This document shows, one piece after another, positions 52,836 to 64,000 of a stretch of DNA of 64,000 nucleotides. The notes beneath the pieces are model-generated. The model searched no databases and had not been told where the DNA came from. It saw only the letters and a program-made list of their open reading frames with translations. The position numbers were made by a program, and so were the translations under genes. Numbering within the stretch: the first letter of the stretch is position 1; every line of letters begins with the position of its first letter. The stretch is taken from contig NC_086097.1 of the NCBI RefSeq assembly GCF_963921235.1, positions 83,764,001 through 83,828,000 of the forward strand. The letters run 5' to 3'. This DNA comes from Mobula hypostoma. Lineage: Eukaryota.

Positions 52836-53949
52836 GAGGCAAGAATTGTTTAGGTAAAATGTGGAATTTGAATATGGGATTGCGAACAACTCAAACTGCC
52901 TTAGCCATGAGTTTGAGCACAGAAACTCACTTTCTCTCCGGAACAGGGAGAAGTGGTGACCTGGTGCCAGTCCTTTTCGGGCAAAGGGGGAGACTGTGAG
53001 TTTTGCGGACCAGATCAATTGATGTCGTCTTCCATTTTTGGTTACATGCTGAGCTGGATTTCGCAGCATGAACTCAGAGAGTGGTGGACTCAGCCCTATA
53101 AATCACAGACACGTCCCTCCCCACCATCAGTAATATCTACATGAGACCCAGCCTCAAAAAGGAAACACCTATCATCATCCAAGCCATGCCACCTCCTTGC
53201 CTGTACCATCAAGCAGGAGGTGCAGACTCCAGGAGTGCCACACTACCAGATTCAAGAACAACTTCTTCCCTTCAACCATTTGGTTCTGGAACCAACTCGC
53301 ACTACACTAATTATTACCTGTATAGCAGTATAACGACCACTTTGCACTACAATATACTTTACAAAAATATTTCTCATTGTGTCCCTTCATGTAAAAATTG
53401 TGTAATTTATGTTTATTTTCTTGTGAATATTGTGTATCTGATGCTGTGTGATTGTGATTCTGCTGCAAGTAAGATTTTCATTGTACCGTGCCTACGTGTG
53501 CGTGTGCCTGTCACAATGAACTCAGATCTGACTTTGAAAATAGCACCTTGTTCTCAGGGCTGCCCGCCTCACTCACAAGTTCTGTCTCAACGAGGGATGG
53601 CACTGAAACACATGAAAGATGTGGAGCTGGCCCAAATAATCTCAGGGCTTCACTATTCCCGTGTCTGTGAATGTCTTAATTGCCAATCAACTTTTTGCAA
53701 TGGCAATTCAATTAGCTTTACTTGGTGTAAAATCTCATTTGTTTAATTGTTTTGATGGTGATTATATGAAAATTAAATTCTTTTTTTCCCTTCATTATCT
53801 CTTTTTCTCCTTCAGTTCCAGTTTCCATTTACTTTAATTTCTTTTGCTCTTTGTTTAGTGAATTCTCTGATACACATCTCCTGATTTTGATTTGTACCCA
53901 ACAACTGTTCCACATTCCCACTGGTTGAAGAGGCATGCCTTTGACTGGC

Positions 53950-55065
53950 TAGGGCAGACAAGTTGAAGATTGGGGTCAAAGCCAACAGCTCCCTCGAAGT
54001 GGCTACACAAGTACATAGGATTGTAAATAAAACACAAATGGCTTGCTTATTTTCATCACTTGGGACTCTGCGTCAGGAAATCATGTTGCAGCTGTGTAAA
54101 ATTTTGATTGGTCTGCATTTGGAGTATTGCGTGCAGCTCTGGTCACCATGTTTTGGGAAGGATGTGGATGGTCTGAAAAAGTTATAGAGGTTGTTCACCA
54201 GGAGGCTGCCTGGTTTAGAGAGTATTAGCTATTCGGAGAGGTTTGATAAGCTTGAGTTGTTTTCTAGGACTCCTCTCAGCGTTACAGGCTGAGAGGAAAC
54301 CTGAGAGATGTTTAGGGTGGGTATTCAGAATTTTTTTCTCAGGGTGGAAATATCAGGTACGAGATGGCACGGCTCTAATGTGAAGAGGAGGCATCAGATG
54401 TCCGAGACCCTACAGAGGATGGTAAAACTGCTGACAGGATCACCAGGGTCTCATTCCTTCCCTCCCCCGCATTTGTGAAATTTACCAGAAACACTGTATA
54501 CAAAGGGCCCACACCACCCATCCCACAATCTCTGAGCCACTATCATCAGGAAGGAGGTACAGGAGCATTGGGAAGAAGACTACCGCACTGGGTCACAGCT
54601 TCTTCCTCCAGGCCAGGAGACTAATGAATACCCTGCCACCACTGAGGTCTCATCACTAGGAGAGTGAGCTGTTTACCTGTGCTACACACACACACATTTT
54701 GAATTATATTCTATTAACTTATTTGTGGTAATAGTTTGTTTTATGTGCTGCGTGTGATGTATGTATTGTGGGTGCAGTGTGGTCTTGTTTTGTTTGGCTG
54801 TATATATGTACAGTCGGATAACAATAAAGTTGAAGTTGAACTTGAAAGTTTTAAAGAGTTGTGCAGGTTAAGTCTTTTACTTGGTGTGTTGTACATGCCT
54901 GTATTTGACTACCAGACATGATGGTGGCATTTAAGACAAATTTAGGTGGGTACATGAATACCTTGGGAATGGAGGCATATGGATCATGTGGAAGCAGACA
55001 GGTTTAATTAGTTTAGCATGATCATCGGTGGGACAGTGTCTTCCTATGCTGCTTTATGTTCTATG
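53950..55065 (+). mobile_element. Decayed CR1 3' part interrupted by a Rex1/L2-like 3' fragment (about 54400-54846)
   Basis: HLEYCVQLWSP; insert tail aataaagttgaagttgaacttgaa; CR1 tail ttatgttctatg. Confidence 0.7.
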
Positions 55066-57124
55066 TGGAACATGCAGTATGAAGTCTTCATGATAATGTT
55101 GATGCGCTGAGCTCCGGAGAGATTTTCTGAGATGTTGACATCCAGGGACGTGAACTTGAAGCTGTTCACCCTTTCCACTGCTGACCCCACAATGGGGACT
55201 GGGTGCATGCTCTCTCGACTTCCCCTTCCTGAGGTCTGCAGTCAAGTTCTTGGTCTTACAGGCATTGAGTGCGAGTTTGGGGAGGTGGTTGGCACCTCCC
55301 TGTGGCACAGTGCTTTTGAAACGTCGTAGTTCTGAGAAAGCCTCAGAACTACATGACCTGACTTCCTGAGCGATACCCAAAAGGAGCATTGTGTGGAGAA
55401 TGACGTCTCGCTGTGTGTATCTTGCACAGAAATCATGTCATGGGAACAGGCTCGATCCACAGCCGGAAGTGCTTGGTTATGAATTTCAGGAATGGCAGCA
55501 TCATTTTCAACCTAACTGCCTTTCACATGCGTAGCACTTCAAAATAAAATGCTGTGTGTGAGAATTTCTAAATGGGGATCTTACTGTTCAAATGTGCGAC
55601 CTGGGAGCCAGCATTAGATAGCTGTTATTTAGGGTCATGCATCAATAATAAAAGTAATTTCATTATTAATGTGATTCACAATGCAATGAAAAAGAATCCT
55701 GACAAAATCACAGTATATCAACACAGTTCTACTCCTATATCTTATGGTCTTACACACAGCTGAAAAATAGGCAGGAAGGTGGTTTAACACTCAATCTATT
55801 ACAGCGTAGACGTTTGATAATCTAAAAGGTTTTGTAGTACCAATGCTGAACTAAAGCTGCATGTAGCTTTAAAAAAGGAAAATGTCTCCTAGTTAACTGC
55901 ATGATTCCTTGGCAACTATACTTGTGATTTCCTCTAAGAATAGCACAGAAAGGACACAGATTATTTTAGCATTTCAGCGTCAGCATTGCCAATAAAACCA
56001 AACACAAACACACACTATCTCCAAGAGAAATGGATGCTTGAGTGCTTCCTCTGCTGTTGACATCGTCCAGGGTTAAAGGTCGTTCCACTGTTGCCATGGC
56101 TGCTCATTGTCATGGATTTAACAGGCCCCAACTGATAGGATATGCAAAGCAATAAGATGGAATTCAACTTGCACCAATGTTACCAATATCCCTAGCTCCA
56201 AAGCAGGAGCTGTTTCAGCACTTTATTTCAGATGCATAATGTAAGGTTTATGAAGATTTTGGGTTGGGTATGTTTTCCCAGTTCTTTTTTAAACATATTA
56301 CTTTAACTGGAACTCTTTCTCTCCAAAAGCTCTTTTGTACTGGGAACTGTTGGCAAAAGCTCTCCTTTGACTGTTCCATCTACCCCTCCCTCCCTCCCCA
56401 CTGTGTATGAGGGGATTTTCCTGCATGCTCTTCAGTGCCAAACTGTGCAATCAGCAATAATATTGTCCTCTCCTTGGATTGGATTTGCTGTCTGTGAATG
56501 TGTATGGAGCCAAAAGGTTGGACCAGTGAAGAAATGTACAATCAAGGACGAAAACTGCAGAGAGCATTCAAGAGTTTAATTCTATTGAACAAAGGGAGCA
56601 GTTAGATTGTATAAAATCTCTAAACTGATGTAAACGCCTTGTAGGACTTGGAAATCACTGTTTTTAGATGTTCATGATCTTGTTGGATGCTGTGATGAAG
56701 TTGAGGTGCTGGAGGATGTAGATTTTCGCTTTTGATAAGTAGATCAAAGGTCTGTGGACTTTGGCCCGAAAGAGAGGGTCTCTATCTGAATATTCTATGT
56801 GCTCCAGTTTCTGGTTTGGATGCAAATGGAGAACTGTAACCTGAGTTGACTGACTGAACAGAATGGCCTCACTTGATGCATCTTGAGTCTGTTAGCCATA
56901 GTTAATCCTTGTGGATAGGTGCACATAGTATGCCTTAGTGGCAGACCCAGACTGACTTTTCCATAATAAGTTAGAATTTTTAAAGATGTGTAGCATTTTT
57001 CCTGACTTCAGGATACCCTGAATGCTGCTGGGCTTTTGAAGTGCTCTGGTGTTAAAAGCACAGCAGCCAGTTTATACATCCAGATAATGGCAAGTTCATT
57101 TATTTTTTGATCCTCAAGTGTTAA

Positions 57125-57397
<273 letters not shown>

Positions 57398-58330
57398 TGA
57401 AATCCTTTTGTAGCCAAAACAAAGGAGACTCCGCATCTCTTTGCTGCAGTTGATGTTCTGTGCTTATTTCATCAGAAAACATCTTTTGTGTGACCATTTC
57501 CCATCAATTAACTGAATTGGAGAAGAGCAAATACAATTAAATGCTGTTGGTCATAAAACTCCTGGTAACCATTGAAGCTACCTTCTGGCAGACCTAATCA
57601 GTTTCTATCCATTGAAGACAGAAAATTTCATTCCACTTTTCATCTACTGTTACACAATGCTCATGAATTTCAGTATTGTGTTTGTACAGTGATTTTTTGC
57701 AAGTACTAATTAGAATTGCATGGCATTCAGCAGAGGTGTATGAATTATAATAGAAATTATTTCTATTCTGTCTTCACCAAGAGAATAAATAGCTTTGCTA
57801 TTTTACCACTGATTATAACACAGTCTGTAGAATACAATGGGTAGCAATGAAGGATACAGGAGAAAATTCGCCCAGTGAGACAAATGCTACTAAAGAGAAT
57901 AGTACCTGGGTGTTTTATAGAAGCTTTTAATGTTTTTAAACTTAAGAATTTTTGTAAAGTTTTCAAAAAAATACAATGATCTCTAATGCAAACTTAATTG
58001 CAGAATTCTAAGTTATGACATCTTGGGACCAATGGTATATTCATGCTGAAAGCTCCTCTGTGGCAAGAAACTTCCCATGTCACATGATTATTTAAAATAT
58101 GGATTATGTATTTCATAAGGAAGCTGGTTACTAACCTGTGCCATGCTTATTATTCCCTAAAGCAAGGAATGTAGGTTTGATGTTGTAAACAATTAACCAT
58201 GGGAGAACGAAGGTCCAGTTCTTTCTATTCCTTCCCATGAGGAGCTATTACAGTGAAATATAGTAGTAAATAAATTGGCATTATGTCCCATGAGTCTGTC
58301 AAAGTCTAGTTTACTAGTTTATTTTCATAT

Positions 58331-58353
58331 ATGTGTGTGTGTGTGTGTGTGTG
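58331..58353. repeat. (TG)n microsatellite
   Basis: Directly visible. Confidence 0.9.
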
Positions 58354-59058
58354 TATGTTTATACGTGTACAAAGCTCTGCAAAGCTCCGTAAGGAGTGGA
58401 GTGCATAACGAGGCACAGAAGACGTCATGGTCATCCACTGCAATCGAGGTTGACCCCAGTTGTGATGACGACTCATACCACTGGAGCTGCACTTCCAAGG
58501 TCAAGAGAGTGGAACTGCCCCCCAGTGCAACAGCTTTCCCACTTCAAAAACTTTCTCACGCAGGGCTCCTGTCATTGTTGGATACCATGGATAACCAACC
58601 CCACAAGTACAAGTATGCACAGGTGCAATGAAAAACTTACTTGCAAGCAGCGATTTTGGCCTGAATTGGCTAGGGTTCTTCTGAATGATTCCACACAAAT
58701 GGAAATCAGAGCCACACCATCATTAGTCAATATGGACTAAATGGGCCCAGTTTCCAGTGAGTTGAATTCCATCTTCAACAGTTTGAAGAGTCTTTTAGCA
58801 GCGTTAATGTGAAAGTGAAAAAAAGATTGTTTTAAAACTTCTTGAAATTTGGATTCCTTTTAATAAACAACAAATTTCACATCATATAAGTCAGTGATAA
58901 TGAATCTGGTTTTGATTCTAAAGGAAATACAATTTTAACTGGAGCAGAATATCCAGAAAAAAATGCTATCTTTATATTTTTCTAGGACAATGATCATACA
59001 ATTCATATTGGAGATGTGTATGGACGCTTCCTTTTATTGGGTTTATTACTGGTCTGTA

Positions 59059-59370
59059 GTGTTGGCAAGTGGCCAAGTGGTTAAGGCGTTAGACAAGCTA
59101 CCTGAAGGTGGTAAGTTCGAGCCCCAGCCGAGGGAACGTGTTGTGTCCTTGAGCAAGGCACTTAATCACACATTGCTCTGCGACGACACTGGTGCCAAGC
59201 TGTATGGGTCCTAATGCCCTTCCCTTGGACAACATTGGTGTCGTGGAGAGGGGAGACTTGCAGCATGGGCAACTGCTGGTCTCCCATACAACCCTGCCCA
59301 GGCCTGCGCCCTGGAGAGTGAAGACTTTCCAGGAGCAGATCCATGGTCTCGCAAGACAAATGGATGCCTT
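59059..59370 (+). mobile_element. Full-length tRNA-head SINE with 13-bp TSD
   Basis: A box TGGCCAAGTGG and B box GTTCGAGCC; TSD TTACTGGTCTGTA at 59046-59058 and 59371-59383. Confidence 0.9.
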
Positions 59371-59739
59371 TTACTGGTCTGTAATTAATAATAATTTTTT
59401 ATTGATCCTGAGTGGGAAATTATTTTGTTACAGCAGCAACATTTAGAAATAATAATAAATACAATAATAATATTAACTAATCATAATTATGAGCACAATT
59501 TCTTCCCCTGATTACCTAAACCCATTTCCTTGCTAAATTGGTAATTTCACAAGGGAATGATTGAGGAACTGTGTGATCCTCCGCACAGTTTATTGATCTG
59601 GTTGTTGCTGCTTGTAAGAGGCAAAAAAAAATTTCTACAATGCAATATTAAAATCATTTCAGCCCAGAATGTACTCATCAAAATGTTGCTTGTGGTGGGA
59701 GGGGCTTGCTTTCCCTTACCAAGAAGATTTCTTGCCCTC

Positions 59740-61240
59740 GGTGTCCAGAAGGCCCTTAACCTTTAATTCCCATGCTAATCAAAAACCTATCTAACTGTGT
59801 CTTTAAATATACTTAATGAGGTATCCTCTACTGCTTCCCTTGGCAGAGAATTCCGCAGATTAGGAAAAGAAGTTCCTCCTTATTTCCATTTTAATCCGTT
59901 CCCCTGAATCCTGAGGCTATGTCCTCTAGTTCCAGTCTCACTAAAGTGGAAAGTTTTCCTCCCACGGTCTCACTTAGCCCTTGCTTAATTTTGTATGTTT
60001 CTATAATATCTCCTCTTGTTCTTCCGAATTCTGGTGAGTCAAGCTCGCCTCATACTAACCTCCTCATCTCTGGAATCAACCTGGTGAACCTCCTTTGCAC
60101 TGTCTCCAAAGCTAGTATAGCTTTCCAGAAGTAAGGGGACCAGAACTGCACACAGCACTCCAGGTGCAGCCTCACCAGTACCCTGTATAGTTGCAGCATA
60201 AGATAAAACTTTATTTATCCCAAAGGAAATTATTGTTGCAAGGTTGCTCAATCAGAAATATATAAAAATACAAAATATAAGCATTGAGGTATGAAAAAAT
60301 ACAAAATGTGCATTAAAAAGTAATATTGCAAAACACAGATGTGCAATGAAACCATATGCTTACATGCTTAAGGAGGAGGAGTTGTAGGGTTTTATAGCCA
60401 CGGGGAGAAAGGATCTCCTGTGGCTTTCAGTAGTGTGCCTCGGTGGACTCAGTCTGTTACTGAATGTGCTCCTGTTTGGCCAGTATGTCATGGACAGGAT
60501 GAGAGAGAATATCCAGCATGCTCTGCAGCATCCTCCTCTCAGACACAACCACCAGGGAATCCAGTTACACCCCAAGAACAGAACTAGCCTTCCTGACGAG
60601 CTTATCGATCCTCTTGGTGTCAGCTGCTCTCCCCCTGCTGCCCCAGCAGACCACAGCGTAGAATAGAATGCTGGCTGCCACTGAGTCGTACAACATTTGC
60701 AGCATAGTACTGCAGACACTGAGTGACCCTGTTCTTCAATTCAATCACTCTAGCAATGAAGGGCAACATTCCATTTGCCTTCTTGATAACCTTTTGCACC
60801 TGCAATTCGGCCTTTTGCGACTCGTGCACAAGTACCTCAGCACAACAGTTTGCTGCAAACTTGCACTGTTTAAACAATAACCTGATCTTTTATTTTTCCT
60901 TCCCAAGTGGATGACTTCACATTCAGCAACATTGCACTCTGTTTTCTGGGCCCTTGCCCACTGCAGACTCTCCACAATTTCCTTTTCCACTCAGCTTAAT
61001 GTCATCAGCAGGCTTGGAGATGCTGCACTCGGTCCCCTAGTCTAAATCATTAATGTATGTCGTGAACAGTGGCAGGCTCCGCACCAACCCCTGTTGCATT
61101 CTGCTCATCACTGACACACAGAGAAACACACATTTATCCCAACTCCCTGCCTCCCATTGGTGAAGTAATTCTCTGCCTGTGTAAATACATTATTCCTAAT
61201 TCCATGAATTCTTATCTTAGTCATAAGTCTTTTATGCTGC
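59740..61240 (-). mobile_element. CR1 3' part interrupted by a diverged Rex1/Babar fragment (about 60200-60720)
   Basis: QVQKVIKKANGML in the CR1; TESHRRSFLPVAIK in the insert. Confidence 0.8.
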
Positions 61241-61256
61241 ACCCTATGGAATGCCA

Positions 61257-61585
61257 CTGTGGGGCAGCTAGTAGAGCTACCAAGTCACAATGCCAAAGGT
61301 GCATCTTCAATTATGGCCTTGGTTACTCTGTGTGTGGAGTTTACATTTCTCCCCTTCACCTGCATGGGTTTTCTCTGGGTGTTCTGCGTTCTCTCCACAA
61401 TTCCAAAGGCATGTGGGTGGGAAGGTTAATTGGCCGCTGTAAATAGTACAGGTGAGTGGTAAAATCTGGGGGGAGCTGAAAGGAATGTGGTTAGAATAAA
61501 AAATGTGATTAATGTGAGATTAGTTCAAATGGGCGATTGATGGAAAGCACTCAGCGAGCTGAAGGTCGTGTTTGCGTGTTGTACT
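61257..61585 (+). mobile_element. V-SINE
   Basis: gtgtggagtttacatttctcccc..ggttaattggccgctgtaaat. Confidence 0.7.
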
Positions 61586-61691
61586 GTAACTTTCAACTGC
61601 TTTATTTTGTCTTCAATACTCTTGTCAACTGGTTTCCTCCCCTGCTCCCAGTGTACTATTGAAAATGTTGTGCTGTATCCTTGTAGAGTGA

Positions 61692-61814
<123 letters not shown>

Positions 61815-62049
61815 TAATGCAGTCCAAATGATTGTCCTTTGTTAAAATAACTCCGGAGGAAACTTTAAGACTACTAGGTTAAGATGGTAATTAAATGTTA
61901 TAACCAAAGCCACATTACTGTGATGGGCATGGTTCTTTCTTTTGTTAAAGAATTACTAATTAACCAAAGAGTTAATTAGTCATTATTTAAAATTTTAAAA
62001 ACCATGCCAATCACTGAAAGTTCAGAGGCAAAAATAAATGAAACTAGCA

Positions 62050-64000
62050 TAAATAAATAGAAAAATAAACATGATCAGGGCAAGGCAAGGGGAGCTGGTG
62101 GGGCTGAGTTCATCTGAAACCAAAAGAGGAATCTCTTCATGAAGACACGGCAGAGATATTAACTGAGAACTTTATTACATCCTCACCTGGAAGATGGAGC
62201 TGGAATCTCACCAAAGAAAGATGTAGTAAAGACTGGTTGGATTGGAAAGTGATTTTAAACAAAGGACGTTTCCACAGAGGTTAGCTGCACTTAATATGAC
62301 CCGGTCCTAGGTTGCTGCAGAACTAAAAAAGAGAATTACAAAGGCCCTGACCATAATCTTGCAAGCAACTGTAGAATCAAGAGTTGTACCCAAGTACAGA
62401 AAAGTTGCAAATATAATGTTGTTCAAATAAAATGGGATACGGATAGATCCAACAAATATCGTTTAGTTTGACCTCTGTAGTGGGAAAGTTCTAGACACAA
62501 TAATCAGAGACAGAATTGTCAGTCACTTGGACCAATATGAAAATAAAATGCAGGAAATATGAGACAAAAATAGGAAAAGGCAAGCCAGGCAGTATCTGAA
62601 GAAAGAGAAACTGAGTTAACGTTTCAGGCTGTAGACCGGATGTCAGGGTCTTTGACCTGAAACGTTCACTCTGTTTCTCTTTCCACAGATGCTGCCTGAT
62701 CTGCTGAGTGTTTCCAGGGTTTCCTGTTTTCATCTTGGACCAGAGTGCATTGAATAAGGAAAGCAAGTATGGATTTGTTGAAGACAAGTCATGGCTAACT
62801 AACTTGGTAGAGATTTAGCTGATATGACGCAGATGTTGTGGATGTGCTTTATACCAAATTCAAAATATTTAAATGGGCTATTAACAGATTTATTATCAAA
62901 TTATAGGGCCTGAAATAATGGGGACTATTGCATTGATAGAAAGTGGATTGAGCTGCAGGAAATGGAGAATAGGAAAGAAATTTGCTTTTCCAACCGGAGG
63001 GAAGTGTACAGCAGAGTACCCTGGGATTCAGTGTTAGGAATACTATTGTTTTCTTAATGCATAGTAACGACGTGGAGTTGGGTGTTCAGGCGGAATTTCC
63101 AAACCTGCAGATAACACAAAGAAGAGTGAGTGGTAAACTATGAGGAGGATGGTATTAAGGCGATGCAGGCAGGCTTATGGAATGTCTAGAAGATAAAGTT
63201 GAATACTGAGAAATGTAAAATGCAATGCTTTAGTAGAAAGAGTGGGAAGAGCAAATAAAATAAATGAAGGAATACTAATCTGAAAGAGTACAAGAACAGA
63301 AATATGGAGGCAAAGGCTAAGTGGCAGAGGAAGTCAAGAAAGTGGCAAAAGTCATATAGATTACTAGACTTCAGAAACATAGGCATAAGAAAGCAAGATA
63401 CAGAAATTTGAGCAGCTTCTATAATTAAACTGTTTCATCCACACATGGAGTATTGTGATCTATTTCCACCACATTTTAGGAGGACATAAAAAGCTTGGGA
63501 GAGGTTTGATAGTGCAGCGTTATTAGAGCCCAGCACCTCAGAGTTCAGAGTTAATTCCAACGTCATCTGTAAGGAGCCTACACATCATCCCCAAGGAATG
63601 AGTGGGATTTCTCTGGGGGCTCCAGTTTCCTCCCACAGTCTAAAGACGTACTGGTTAGTAGGTTAGTCAGTCATTGTAAATTGTCGCATGGTTAGGCCAG
63701 GGTTAAATTAGGGGTTACTGAGCATTGCGGCTCAAAAGACCAAAAGAGCCGATTCCGCACTGTATCTCAATAAATAAATCAATCCCCGGAATGCGGGGCT
63801 GTGTTATGCAGATAAACTGGTGAATATGGGGTCGTTCTCCTCAAAATAGAGAAGGATGTGCACAAATCTGATAGATGCATTTAAAACCATTAGGAATACA
63901 GAGAGAAATGTTGAAAGAAGATGTCCCCATTGGCAGAGTCACAACTAAGGGACATAAAATGAAAGTCACTGACAGAAAATGCAAGAGGGGCAAGAGTACA
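62050..64000 (+). mobile_element. Old CR1 carrying a nested Penelope-like fold-back (about 62575-62735) and a V-SINE (about 63508-63783)
   Basis: gtaccctgggattcagtgttagga and tggagtattgtg; fold-back arms aacgtttcagg / cctgaaacgtt. Confidence 0.65.

Noticed and set aside
53141..53746. 201-aa ORF and the many other 60-190 aa ORFs in the track
   Set aside because: They overlap decayed LINE or SINE sequence or its antisense, show no recognisable domain, and have no splice context
59059..59135. tRNA gene
   Set aside because: The A/B boxes belong to a SINE head that continues into a repeat body bounded by a TSD

Overview
Eukaryotic (vertebrate) genomic DNA, most likely from a cartilaginous fish such as a ray, skate or shark. 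That assignment is inferred only from the repeat landscape (CR1, Rex1/Babar, V-SINE and Penelope elements). The window lies inside a + strand non-muscle alpha-actinin gene (ACTN1 favoured, ACTN4 possible). I found only two coding exons: 57294-57380 (87 bp) and 61726-61813 (88 bp). They have canonical AG/GT sites and correspond to vertebrate exons 4 and 5 of the actin-binding domain. The rest appears to be intron filled with nested transposons: many CR1 LINEs (one young copy with an intact 452-aa RT frame), Rex1/Babar, a Tx1-like LINE, an L2 3' end, a nearly intact IR/DR Tc1, Tc1 and Tigger deletion derivatives, a hAT remnant, a Gypsy remnant with a tRNA-Ser primer-binding site, two solo LTRs and several SINE families. 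The most interesting non-coding signals are: (i) Penelope-like element ends carrying minimal type-I hammerhead ribozyme motifs, including a 99-bp-arm palindrome with a target-site duplication; (ii) a ~370-bp local inverted duplication; (iii) a long hairpin inside a Tigger derivative; and (iv) pseudoknot-capable structured 5' ends of putative RTE-derived retroposons. I saw no prokaryotic system. Most entries in the ORF track are TE remnants or chance ORFs. Boundaries of decayed repeats are approximate, and all family calls come from motif recognition by eye, not database searches.
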